NCBI GenBank assembly: GCA_964106915.2 | Contig: OZ066919.1 | DNA length: 64,000 bases | Strand: one strand, 5' to 3' | Origin: Podarcis gaigeae | Taxonomy: Eukaryota | In this document: positions 1 through 11,742 of the stretch, in pieces | How positions within the stretch are numbered: position 1 is the first letter of the stretch | Layout: each line of letters begins with the position of its first letter | Notes under the pieces: model-generated | What the model saw: the letters and a program-made list of their open reading frames with translations, nothing else | The model's database searches: none | Told to the model about the DNA's origin: nothing | Translations under genes and position numbers: made by a program

Positions 1-2646
1 AAAAGGGTTCCTAGTTGAAATATTAATTTGTACTCTTTTTGTATCAAGGCTCTTCATACATCAACAGATCTAAAAGGTAGTTTTTTTAAAGTCCACAGGA
101 TGAAAAAACTCAGGTCATTTTCAGTATGGGCCTCTTGCTGGAAATGCGGGACTAACGGGGCGTGTAGGCAAGCATTGCATATCTTGGACCTTTGCTCATA
201 AATTCCAGTCCTGATTGCACAGGACCTACATATAAAAGCCCGCAAGCACAACAGATACAGTACACACAATTTTTTGTAGAACAATTTGTAAACTGTTGCA
301 AGACAATCTTTCGCCCATTTATTGTGTTGGTAAATGATTTCACGGGCAAAGCAAATCTGCAACATGTGCAATGACTGCATCTATAATGCCCTTTCAGCGT
401 AGTGTGTGGGTCGTCATTATGGTATTCAAGTAGATCAGTGTGGGAAAGAATGTCCCTAAGCGATCTAGTATGCCTTTTGCCTAAAATGGGCACATTTTCA
501 CAGCCTGGAATATGGGAAATGATGTGCCAATGTCTTGTAATCACTCTTTCAATAGAAGAAGATAAATAGTTGTACTCTATAGAACCAAAAATCCTGTCCT
601 GATTGTTTTTGGGTTTCGGTACCAACAATTCCTGCCTAGAAGTTCTTTTAGCCCTTTCAAAGGCCGTTTGAATTATTTCCTCCAGATAGCCTCTATCTCT
701 TAATGAAGAGGAAAGGGATGCAGCATTTTTTTAAAAAATCAGTATCAAGGGAAGAACTTCTTTTAAGTCTAATAAATTGGCTGAATGGGAGACTTTTTTA
801 ATTGGACTGGATGGTTAGAATGATAATGAAGTAAATAATTCCTATCAGTAGGTTTGCAAAATGGGCGTAAATTAATGACATGTTCATTATGTTCAGTAAC
901 AAAAAGTAATTCAACTTCTAGAAAGGAAATGCTAACCTCGCTCTTTTTACCAGTAAATCTTAAAGCTGTATCACATTGATTTAACCAAATGTCAAATTCC
1001 AAGAATATATCCTGGTCCAAAACAAAAATAAAATCAATGTAACGATCATCAATGTAACGATAATAAGCCAATAAATGCTTCCTAAATGGATTCGAATCAC
1101 TCAAAATATATTCTAAATCAAAATAACGCATATAGACACAGGCGAGGGATGGTGCACAATGGGCTCCCATCGCCATGCCCCTGTATTGAAAATAAAACTG
1201 TTCTTTAAAGCGGAAGAAATTATTTTCAAGAATAAGGTCCAACAGATTGAATAACACATGTACCAGCGAATCATTTTGATTATTGTTTTATTGTCATGCA
1301 GTATTTGTTCAACCAGGGAATGTAACCTATTCAATGAAACATTAGTATACAAAGCTTCAACATCCCAAGTAGCTAATATAGCACCCTGGGGAACAGTGAG
1401 ACCTTCTATGACAGAAATAAAATGTTGAGTATCCTTAATGTAGGATGGGGTTCTTATTGCCAAAGGATTAAGGATTGAATCCACAAATTGCCCTGCAGGC
1501 TCAAGGAGGGACCCAGACCCAGAGATAATCGGGTGGCCGGGAGGGGGGAAAATCACTTTATGAATTTTGGGGAGGATATTAAAATTTGGAACATGACTAT
1601 GTTCTGGTACTAAGAATTCAGCTAACTGGTCAGATATTAAATCAAGGGCAGACGCCTCTTGGACTACGAATAAAAGCTTACGTCTGACCTCATTAGTTGG
1701 ATCATAATTCACGGGTTGATAATAATTGTGATTACTCAACTGTTGAAAGGTCTCCTATTCATACACTTGTTTATCTAAAACTACAACGGCCCCTCACTTA
1801 TCTGCTTGTTTAATAACGAGATGTTTTTTCTCAGAAATCTCTTTAAGAATATTGTATTCTTCCCTAGACAAATTGAAGGATTTATACTGTTTCTTCCACT
1901 CGATTTTCTCTATATCTCTTAACACTAAGGACTGATATGTTTGGATATAATGATTGTGTGTTATAGGATTGAACCAGGACTTAATTCTCAATGGAGTAGG
2001 CTGGTATATCTCGCCTGCAAAAAAGTCTCTAAGCTTTTATGAACTTCTACGCGAGTTTGAAAGGCAGAATAGGCAGGTGTGGGCACAAAACCCAATCCTT
2101 CCTCAAGTATATTTCCACTCTAATTTACTTGTCAGAAGACAAATTAACAACTAATGATTCTGTTGGAATCCTTTCCTCCTGGATGGGCGTTTCCCCGGCT
2201 CCTGTGAAAACCCAGATAACGCCTGCTGGACCTAAGCTGCAATTCCCTATCTCTCTCCGTCTTGCTGTCACTGTGGCTGGAAGCACTGATAGAATCATAA
2301 TCACTAGGGAAATCACGTGGTCTAGTGCTGTCGTGTCTTCTGGGTTGGATTTTACCCTTTTTATCATCATTAATCCACCAGCATATGTTGTTATGGGCAT
2401 AATCATTTTTATCCCTATTAAATTTATTAACTTTTCAATTTCTTAATCTCCTCAGTGTAAGTGTTTAACTCCTTCTTTGTGATCTGCACCAACTTGTCCA
2501 TTTTCTGTGATATTAACTGAGTTTTTAAATTTACCATACAAATTTCCTTATCAACAATCTCTATCATGTGTATATTGTTCCAAGCACCTGTAGTGTATTT
2601 AAATGTTTGGTATCACCAGTTTCTACATTTGCTGTGCCTGTGAGTA

Positions 2647-3144
2647 CCGTATGTTCTGGTGTATAAGACAACTTTTGAACCCCGGAAAATCTTCTCCAAA
2701 GTCGGGGGTCGTCTTATATGCCGGATATGGTGGTGGCAGGTGGCGGCAGCGGCAGCTAGCTTGGAACGGCAACTGGCAGAAGGATGGTAAGAGCCGCCTC
2801 CCACCTCCATCCCTGGCCGCCTCCCGAAGCAGCAGCAACCGCAGCAGCCTCCCCTTCCCACGGCAAGGTGGTGCGCAGCTTCAGCCGGGGCTCCAAGGAG
2901 CTGGGCATCCCCACAACTGCCAGAACTACCAGCCGGTGAGTGCAGCCCGTCGCTTTGCTGGGCGGCCGCTCGGGGCTCGCTCGCTTCACCTCGGGCTGCT
3001 GCTGCGATGGCAGAGGCAGCGGAGGGGTGCACGCTCTGCCCTGGCGGTGCTTGGCGGGCTTTAGGTTTGGGGGGGCTGCCTCTAGTTTGCTGCAGGCGGG
3101 GGTAGTCTTATACAGCGAGTATATCCCAAACTCTATATTTTAAC
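2647..3144. mobile_element. Tc1/mariner-type MITE (CCGTA.. terminus), right end truncated
   Basis: Starts TA|CCGTATGTTCTGGTGTATAAGAC, has internal GTCTTATA motifs and a GC-rich core. The right TIR is missing. Confidence 0.7.
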
Positions 3145-3288
3145 AGGATTCCAAGCTCCTGTAATGTATTTAAATGCTTGGTATCACCAGTTTCTACATT
3201 CTATAGTTTCTACATTTGCTGTGCCTGTGAGTACCTTTTGTCTTGAATGAACCATGTTGAGTGATTAAAATACAACATGAGATGGGTA

Positions 3289-3527
3289 CAGTGGTACCTC
3301 GGGTTATGTACTTAATTTGTTCTGGAGGTCCGTTCCTAACCTGAAACTGTTCTTAACCTGAAGCACCACTTTAGCTAATGGGGCCTCCCGCTGCTGCCGC
3401 ACCATCGGAGCACAATTTCTGTTCTCAACCTGAAGCAACCTGAACCCGAGATAATATTTCTGGGTTAGCGGAGTCTGTAACCTGAAGTGTATGTAACCTG
3501 AAGCGTTCGTAACCCAGGGTACCACTG
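3289..3527. mobile_element. Tigger/pogo-like MITE
   Basis: TA TSD; TIRs CAGTGGTACCTCGGGTTA / TAACCCAGGGTACCACTG; same family as 8816-9024 and 42728-42953. Confidence 0.9.
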
Positions 3528-3600
3528 TATTGCATGTATTTTGTGGGCATTCGTTTATTGTAACTGGAATGCCATTCTGTATTCTATATTATTTAGCATT

Positions 3601-3660
3601 ATGGACTGATGAAGCTTGCTGCAAAACCTGGATAATATCCGGAGAACAGGTCTCATCCAT
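3601..3660 (+). ncRNA. Degenerate type I hammerhead ribozyme motif in a probable inverted Penelope pLTR
   Basis: ATGGA-CTGATGA-agcttgctgc-AAAA(expected GAAA)-CCTG...CAGG-TC-tca-TCCAT; adjacent to the 5' end of the Penelope-like element. Confidence 0.5.
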
Positions 3661-4927
3661 TTGGCTTCAGATGATCATTGGGCTTTGTGCTTCCAGCCAA
3701 CGACTACTTGAGGAACGCTTTTTAGGAACCGCTCCTACGTTTCATTTTTAATTAACTTCCACACCGTTTCATTGTATGGCTCTGGTTCTAATATTAAAAT
3801 AAAATTCTTTCTATCCATTTTCTCCACAACATGCATAATTTTTATAAACTTTTATCATGCTTTCCCACCCCAATAATTTCCTTTCTTTTCTAAACCAAAA
3901 AGTTCCAAGTACATTAGTTTTCCCCGTGGGAATCATGTTCCTTGGCCATGGTGGTGGTCCTCTTCTGCATCTTTCCCAGGTTCACGGTATCCTTTTGAGA
4001 TGGGTCAACCAGGAATGTATTCTCAGCTACGACCACACAATTGATTATGGAAGGCATTACAGACTCAAACTGGTACCCAGATGAAACAGTCTAGCAAGCT
4101 GAAGGCTTCATATTACATGTATAGGGTAGGAAGGCAGAGGCCCAAATTGGCACCCATGTTTTCACCATATACGTTACGGTCACCAGACAAGCATTTTTGG
4201 CTGCTTTCAAGGAAGGGCGGTGGACACATCAAATAAATAAATAAATAACCCCAAGCCTGGAATTTGTCTTTTTCACAGCAGTTGCATCAACATTTTCTTT
4301 GAGAGGTGCAGCATGGCCTCCCAATTTCTTTCCTGGTTAATCACTACCAGTTCAGGCCTCATCAGTGTACAGAAGTTGAAATTATTTTCCCCCACTTACT
4401 CCTATTGAACTGCTGTACGCCTGACTCAAATTACTTAAATACTTGCAATCAATCATTTACTGTATTTGGCTAAAAGCCGTTACAAATCCAGTTACAAAAC
4501 CAGCAAATCCAATAAAACCTATTAAAAAGCTCCAGAAATAAGCAATAATTTACAATAAATCAAATACAGATTAGCTGGGAAGATGGTGGCACAGCGGGGA
4601 TCTATATAAAGAGGCTCGGCGTTGCTCCTGCAAAAAGGTTTTATCTGCTATTTTAAAAAGTTTTTTTAAAAACACTCTAACTTTTTAAGCTTCTCAACTT
4701 GCAATTTGGATGCCTTTCTGTGTTTTGGGACCCTGTTTTAATTGTTTGAACTGTTTATTTTATCTTCTTACCGTCCCCTGGTCTGGAGGAAATTTCTTTC
4801 TAAGGAGCCTTTTCATTATTACCTCCCCTTACCTGCTTGCTCACAGATTAGCTTTCTGCTTCACTGGGCTATTTGCTTGGCATCATTAAATACTATCATA
4901 AATTATCTATATGATTGTATTATGACT

Positions 4928-5165
4928 AAACAAAAAAAATTCCTTCCAGTAGCACCTTAAAGACCAACTAAGTCAGTTCTTGGTATGAGCTTTCGTGTGC
5001 ATGCACACTTCTTCAGATACGAAGAATCTGAAGAAGTATCTGAAGAAGTGTGCATGCACACGAAAGCTCATACCAAGAACTGACTTAGTTGGTCTTTAAG
5101 GTGCTACTGGAAGGAATTTTTTTTGTTTTGACTATGGCAGACCAACACGGCTACCTATCTGTAAC
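4928..5165. mobile_element. Short palindromic Penelope-type pLTR element
   Basis: Perfect 93-bp inverted repeat (4928-5020 / 5036-5128) with a 15-nt spacer; 12-bp TSD TGTATTATGACT at 4916-4927 and 5166-5177. Confidence 0.85.
5036..5073 (+). ncRNA. Minimal type I hammerhead ribozyme motif (mirror copy on the - strand at 4983-5020)
   Basis: GTAT-CTGAAGA-A-GTGTG CATG CACAC-GAAA-GC-TC-ATAC: stem I GTAT/ATAC, stem II GTGTG/CACAC, palindromic AGCT in place of stem III. Confidence 0.7.
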
Positions 5166-5326
5166 TGTATTATGACTGTATTATATGCTACCAGTCACTC
5201 CAGATCCTTGCGGACTCTGCAGCTTATATCCTGCATCTATCCTCTTTCCTGTTCTTTGACCAGTTACTGATTCATATGAGGAGAACTTTTGCCACTATGG
5301 TGGGGGATATTTGTGAGTTCAAAGTA

Positions 5327-5689
5327 CCGTATTTTTTGCCCTATAGAACGCACTTTTTCCCCTCCAAAAATGAAGGGGAAATGTGTGTGCGTCCTATGGG
5401 GCGAATGCAGGCTTTCGCTGAAGCCTGGAGAGCGAGAGGGGTCCGTGCGCACAGACCCCTCTCGCTTTCCAGGCTTCGCGCAGCTCTCCGCAAGGCACGG
5501 GAGCCCGGTGCTGGGCTTCCACGGCTTGCGGAGAGTTGCCTGCTCTGGGGGCTGGGGTCGGGGGAAGCTAGGGCTTCCCCCGCCCCAGCCCCGCACCTGG
5601 GGGAAAAATAATTTTCCCCCCTTTATTTCCCCCCCAAAAAACTAGTTGCGCCTTATGGGACAGTGCGTCCTATAGGGCGAAAAATACAG
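5327..5689. mobile_element. Tc1/mariner-type MITE
   Basis: TA TSD; TIRs CCGTATTTTTTGCCCTATAGAACGCAC / GTGCGTCCTATAGGGCGAAAAATACAG. Confidence 0.88.
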
Positions 5690-6128
5690 TATATAATATC
5701 TTCCTCTATTAACATGCTTGTTAACACTCAGAGGATTGCTGATTCAGTACTTGCCTTTGCAAAAGTCATACTAACTCTTCTTGAACAAAGCTTGTGCTTC
5801 TTTCTTTAGTAATGTCTCCACAAACATAGGTGGATCAAGCATTAGATGAAATAGCTCATAATTTGCTGCCTCCATTTCCCAGATGTTTTATTGCTCACTT
5901 CCCAATCCTTTGGGAGCAAGGCCTCTTTTTCACATTGGGTATTTTTGACATGAAATCACTAGTTTCAGATTTTAGTTCCTATATTTATGGTATCTGGTCC
6001 CATGTTGTTCCACACTTTTTCAGCAATGTTGGATAGGAATATATGACCTGCTATTTTATGTGGTCATAAAAGACCTTCAGTATTTTTTTCTGGTAATGTT
6101 GTGACAATACATGTTGATGAATCGTTAG

Positions 6129-6228
6129 CCTTGGCTTAGCGGAGGTATACAGCCTGAGCAATATTAAAAGGTTCCTGAACAGCCCTGAAAGATACCAAAG
6201 GCGGGGAATTCAGGGAGCCATTCAGGCG
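6129..6228 (+). CDS. Unidentified gene, putative internal coding exon (acceptor at 6129 or 6140)
   Basis: Open frame LGLAEVYSLSNIKRFLNSPERYQRRGIQGAIQA ending at a strong donor GCG|GTGAGT, phase 0. The acceptor is weak. Confidence 0.55.
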
Positions 6229-8359
6229 GTGAGTGGTTTTACACAGAGGTAGAACTGGTGTGAAGCATCAGGCATTAACATCTGTCAGCCACTCTTGCTC
6301 AGGGGAAGGACAGCCAATTGGGCACCTTCCAGATGATGTGGACTACAACTCCCATCAGCCCCAGCCAGCATGATCAGGGGTGATGGGAGCGACTCCAGAA
6401 CAACTGGAGTGTTTCACACTGGCTTCCTTGCGAGCAGCATAAAACAAGTTGAAGCAAGTCGTTGAATAATAATGACATCATGATTATTATATTATAATTC
6501 TTTAAAGAGATCTTATGTGTCAGTTTTACCACACTACATTGAGTTAGAGCAAAGGCAGTATAAGTTCCTTCTCCAGAAACACAAAATCCTAACCACACGT
6601 AAGTGAGTTGTCTTGTGCAGTGGTTGGGATGAACATATTTAGGTGATTTAGGACTGTTGAGAGAAGGAAATGATTTTGAGACTGAGGAAAGTCTGGGAGA
6701 AACACGAATGCCTCTTGTGTGGAATCGCTTCTCACCCTGTTGCACCAAGGAATCCCCCCAAGCTGTGCCTGCCCCTCATTCTGCATTGTGCACTGGTGGG
6801 TCAGTGGGGTCACGGCCAGAATGAAGGTTCCTTCTTACCTTGCCCTGTGAGCCTTGTTTTCTCTTCTCTCCATGCATGTGCCTCTTTGTAAGTAGAATGG
6901 AGCAAAATTGATCCAATGCATTGCTTATGCTTCTGTCATTTAGCATCTTATCAGGAACATTTCACAGAAATCCATATGCATATTTACAAAATCAAGATCC
7001 TTTGGTGCATCACATAATGGCTTAGAATTGCAAGAAGACAACTGAAGAGATTGAAATAGAGGTGATATAGCCCCTGTTTCCTCCTAAATCCTTCAACCTG
7101 GCTAAAAGATCATAATACAAGTATCTATGCAGAATTATTCCACTAATTGTGAATTGTATAGGGGGAGTAAAAATAGCCATGATTACATAACCCTGTGTAA
7201 CAAAGCATTCAAGTCATACATCTTTGAACATTTGTTGGGATATTTGAGCATTTGCAAGTTTGTTTCTGTGTCTATCGCCATGTGGTGTTTCTAATTTGTT
7301 TCTGTGTCTCTCTTTGAATTAGAGCCCCCATTTGTCTCTGCCAAGACCAGTAAAATCCCTGCACCACTTTCACTTTCCTCTGCCCTTCGACCTCCGAGAA
7401 TAAGAGCTACTAAGGCTGTGGTCTACAGTCCTGCTGCAGCTTGCTCGCCTCTCTCTCAAGGTCCCCCTGGCTCTTTCCAGTTTTCTTGCTGCCTGTTCTC
7501 TCCTTTTGCAGGTTGTGTGTGTTCGTTACCTACTGGGTTTTAATTCAGCCTTCTGTGACCAAAAGAGAATCCCCTTCAAAAAGTTATTCTCTTGTTTCCA
7601 GATCCTAAACACATTTACTTGATAGTAAGTACTATTGATTTCAGCAGAACCTGTTTCCAAGTAAATGTGGTTAGTGCTTTAACTTATACAAAATTAACAC
7701 TCTGTGGTGCTCATTGCAGTTTTAAGGAGGCGGCATTTGGGGGGAGGAAACCGAGGAAGCTTTTAATACTACTGCCACTTTATTAAGAGAATGTGGAAGA
7801 CGGTAGACAGTGTATTTTCTTTTGGGCGTATCCTAAATGCACCTTCTTGGCAGGAGGGGGGACTCAAATTTCTGGTGATTTCTGAGGGGGCTGCATGTCA
7901 AGACCAAAAGGCAGACTGGGTTGCGTCCACAGAGGAATGCCTTCCCATGACATGCATAGATTTAGCTATTTTGGATTGTGCCACCCATGTGCCTTTTACT
8001 ACTTGGGATCACGATAGCCTGGTTCAGACACACCTGAACATTGCAATGCGTGCAGAGGCCCCTTTGTCAAATGCATTAGCCTGTCATGTGCTGCCATGTG
8101 CTCAAAAGCTCTGGCTGAGTTACTTTTCTGAGATGCTCTGACTGAGCTTGGAGTGCTTGTACAGTTTCCTTTTCTGTTCATACTGCATAACCTGTTCATC
8201 CTAAGATATAGCGTTGGAATCTTCAGCTTTTGGAATTCAGACTTCTGGGCTAAAATGTTCTGTCCATTCTTTTTGATGCCTGAATTCAGTGTTCTTGAAA
8301 ACGTTGGGCAAATCCTTCAAGAGCAGTTTTGTATGCGTGTGGCAATATAAAGTTGAGTG

Positions 8360-8360
<1 letters not shown>

Positions 8361-8401
<41 letters not shown>
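8361..8401 (+). repeat. (TG)20 microsatellite
   Basis: Read directly. Confidence 0.98.
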
Positions 8402-8404
<3 letters not shown>

Positions 8405-8815
8405 CTTCAGAATGCCATTGCATATACACAGGAGAGAGACTCCTTCCTCTGCCCTGTCCCTCTTTGTCCCTTCCTTGCTCCCCAGCAGTTTTATCTGCAG
8501 CTGGCACTGGCTGCTGTTTGCCCTTCAGTGCTCTGTGTGCACCAGGAAGCATGAGGTCTCAGGCTGGAATTGCAGAAGGAAGCTGCAGACACTTAGGAGC
8601 AGTAATGCCCTCTGGGGAAGCCGAGGGATCCACCCTGCAGCTGAATTGGTAAAAGCATTGATTCCTGCTTTAAGATTTTGATTGGAGTTCTTGGTATATA
8701 ACATAAAGGATGGACTTTAACAAATTTCTCAAATAGCACAAGGGTTTGGATAGATACATTCAGAATAAAAATTCCAAGTCTACATAATGATGGACTCTTA
8801 TGAAAGGGGAAAATA

Positions 8816-9024
8816 CAGTGGTACCTCTGGTTACAAGCTTAATTTGTTCTGGAGGTCCGTTCTTAACCTGAGGTACCACTTTAGCTAATGGGGCCTTCCG
8901 CTGCCACCGCTCCACCACCGCGTGATTTCTGTTCTCATCCTGAGGTAAAGTTCTTAACCTGAGGTACTACTTCCGGGTTGGTGGAGTCTGTAACCTGAAG
9001 TGTTTGTAACCCGAGGTACCACCG
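8816..9024. mobile_element. Tigger/pogo-like MITE
   Basis: TA|CAGTGGTACCTC ... GAGGTACCACCG|TA. Confidence 0.88.
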
Positions 9025-9343
9025 TACTGGGCAAAAAAAATCTTGCATTGCAGGGGGTTGGCCTACATGACCCTCGTGGTCACATTCAGCTCCACAGTTC
9101 TGTGATTCTGTGAAGTGACAAAGAAATGTATAGCTTTCCTTGGGAGATGGCACCAGAGATTATCAACTTCTACCCCCACCCTTTTCCTCCAGCCCTGGAA
9201 ACCAGAGTCCCAGGGAATCCTAAGGCTCGGGATTTGCTTTTACCTTGTTCTCTCCACTTCGTGGTGATGGTGACACAATGTGCTATTATATGCATTGTTA
9301 TATTAGTGTTACATTATATTATATTAGCGTAGCAGTAACTTCT

Positions 9344-9700
9344 GGGACGCAGGTGGCGCTGTGGGTTAAAGCCTCAGCGCCTAGGACTTGCCGATCGAAA
9401 GGTCGGCGGTTTGTATCCCTGCGGCGGGGTGCGCTCCCGCTGCTCGGTCCCAGCGCCTGCCATCCTAGCAGTTCGAAAGCACCTCCAAGTAGATAAATAG
9501 GGACCGCTTACCAGTGGGAAGGTAAACGGCGTTTCCGTGTGCGGCTCTGGCTCGCCAGAGCAGCGATGTCACGCTGGCCACGTGACCCGGAAGTGTCTCC
9601 GGACAGCGCTGGCCCCTGGCCTCTTGAGTGAGATGGGCGCACAACCCCAGAGTCTGTCAAGACTGGCCTGTACGGGCAGGGGTACCTTTACCTTTACCTT
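9344..9700 (+). mobile_element. Sauria SINE, full length
   Basis: GGGACGCAGGTGGCGCTGTGGGTTAAA head, (ACCTTT)n tail, TSD TAACTTCT(G) at 9336 and 9701. Confidence 0.92.
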
Positions 9701-10357
9701 TAACTTCTGTGGATGCTGTTTGGAAATACAGCAAGCCAGCAACTTACATGCATGATTTAACTTGTGCACATTCAGCTTTATGTGCTTGGCAAAAAATAAA
9801 ATTAAAATTAAAAAATGGGGGCAGAAAGGGGGCTGGCATATGGGGAGAAAAGTCTTTGGCACTCCCACCTGCCATTGCATCCAGTCTGCTTTGGCTATAT
9901 GTGATTTTGGCATTATCCCCTGCAACCTACCCCCGCGTAAGTTGCAGGCTTACAGTATTACTTTTTTAGATAGGCCTGAATATCTCTTCATTCAGTATTA
10001 TAGTGCCAAGAGCATAGAATACAATCTCTTAATAGTTGCTAGATCTTAATTTGGGAATCTGAAATATACCCTTCTGAAGCATTGTGATAAATTATTATGT
10101 ACTAGAAGAACTATGTTTTCACCCTGAAATCCCACATAGTTGCTCACTTTGATGCAAATGGTAAGGGGAAAAAACACCTTGTCATAAAATTGGACCCAGT
10201 TAGGAGAAGCTGGGACATCTAGACAAAAGGTGTCCTTGAATCTCAGCCCCACCAGTCAGTTGGGAGGGATGAGAGTGCTGACTTGTTTGAGGAAGTGCAA
10301 GCTTTTCTGCTTTTAACGGAAATTCAATGTGTGTTGTGCAGTTGTTGCTTTCAATAG

Positions 10358-10463
10358 TCCTGCTATTTTGGAGGAGGCCCAGGATTCCTAAATGCAGAGC
10401 AGTTCTCTCTTACGCCAAGAATCGAAGATGATGTCAGCAGGGAGAATATTTTTTTTTTGTATG
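10358..10463 (+). CDS. Unidentified gene, putative penultimate coding exon
   Basis: TTGCTTTCAATAG| acceptor, SCYFGGGPGFLNAEQFSLTPRIEDDVSRENIFFLY, donor ATG|GTGAGG; phase 0 in, phase 1 out. Confidence 0.6.
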
Positions 10464-11599
10464 GTGAGGAAAGAGGGAGGAATACACAGAATCTCTGCTG
10501 GCTTTAGGTCCCTTGCCAGTCGCAGGGAGTATTGACGGTCAGAGGCAATGGATGGTGGACTTGGTTATGCTACCTGGATAGTTACTGTTTGTAAAAGTAA
10601 AGTTTAGGATAATAATAATTCTGAATAAGTGTTGATGGATGAAGCAAGCCTTTGCTGATGTTGAGCTGAGCTCCTCTTTCAGTCTGGCTTAGTGTGCTGC
10701 TTTCCTTAAATATTTGGTCAGACTAGCTCACAACTATTATTCAGATGGTATTTAACACTAGTAAGACAAAGTGAGAGATCAGTGCTAGCATTTTCAAGCC
10801 TCTAGAGTAAACATATTTCACATTCTGCAACCTTTCCACAAATACTGGAACTCTAATGGCAGAAATAATACTATTGGCAGTATTGTTGGTCATGATTTAC
10901 TAAAAGATCCTTTAGTAATAATATTTGGTTACCTTAAATGAGCAGCACCCAGTGAGAATTTCATAATGGCCACAGTTTATATGACCACTTGCCCATAATT
11001 GGGTGGGGAAACTGATCCACCTTCTTAGGTACTAAGAACATGTTATCTGGCATATAGGACCAAATTAATAAATATATGGGTCAGAGAAGGCTGACATCAC
11101 AAGTCCATAAATAAATTGGCTTTTAAAATTTCTTATTCAAACAACAAAGTTCTTGATGCCATAAACCTGTAGGATGATATCTGACATTGGTTATACTCAG
11201 AATAGTCCATTGATTTCATTGGGTCTACTCTATGACTGATATTGAATATTACCCACATGCTTTACTAGGTGAAGTATAGTTTTGTTCATGATCCTCAGTA
11301 AGACAGAGTGAAAGACAAGAGACAATTACTCATATTATGTTAAATAGTAAGAGTGATATCTATGGACTGCTATGTTAACTACTGATCTGACAGCTTGTGT
11401 TTATTTACATGTGTTAACTTTCTTTTTAATGTTTGACTTGCTATTTAAAATTAAATAATAAATGCAAAAAAGAGCAAACTTAGGAGTATATCGTGTTATA
11501 GATAACCTTTAGGCAAATTTTATGTATTTGAGCAATGCTAGCAATTGATAGTTGGTCACAATACAGCTCTGCAGTTAGCATCCCTTTGTTTTCCTGTAG

Positions 11600-11742
11600 G
11601 GAGAACAAGAACCAGCTCTGCAGCAACTGGGAACCAAGCTCTGCTAGATCCCAGCACCCGTGATGGCTCTGTTCAGCGAGTCCCTCGGCAGCCCAGTGGG
11701 AGCAGGCTGCAGAAGGCTGCATGTCCCGTGAAGAATACATGA
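11600..11742 (+). CDS. Unidentified gene, putative terminal coding exon
   Basis: Strong acceptor TCCCTTTGTTTTCCTGTAG|, phase 1 in, (G)RTRTSSAATGNQALLDPSTRDGSVQRVPRQPSGSRLQKAACPVKNT*; ATTAAA at 12045-12050. Confidence 0.6.

Larger units (their letters stand above)
1..3550 (-). mobile_element. Decayed Penelope-like retroelement (Neptune-type): RT + Zn-finger linker + GIY-YIG endonuclease, frameshifted and interrupted by two MITEs
   Basis: Minus-strand fragments: LPKIHK..PPGHPIISGSGS and TWDVEALYTNV (1113-1739); QYRGMAMGAHCAPSLAC and YRYIDD (769-1257); GHYRCSHCTCC and CSTKNCVYCICCACGLLYVG (152-628); VIKQADK (1794); KFNRDKNDY near 2400-2430. Reading QNTCNTHLML joins across the MITE at 3289-3527. 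Confidence 0.9.

Noticed and set aside
4928-5128. Pre-miRNA, CRISPR repeat or DNA-transposon MITE
   Set aside because: The 12-bp TSD, one-sided extension, second dispersed copy and hammerhead core fit a Penelope pLTR product better.
7304-7543. ORF with a plausible acceptor near 7322, as an extra exon of the unidentified gene
   Set aside because: The phase-0 reading hits a stop, the open frame is phase-incompatible, and there is no convincing donor.
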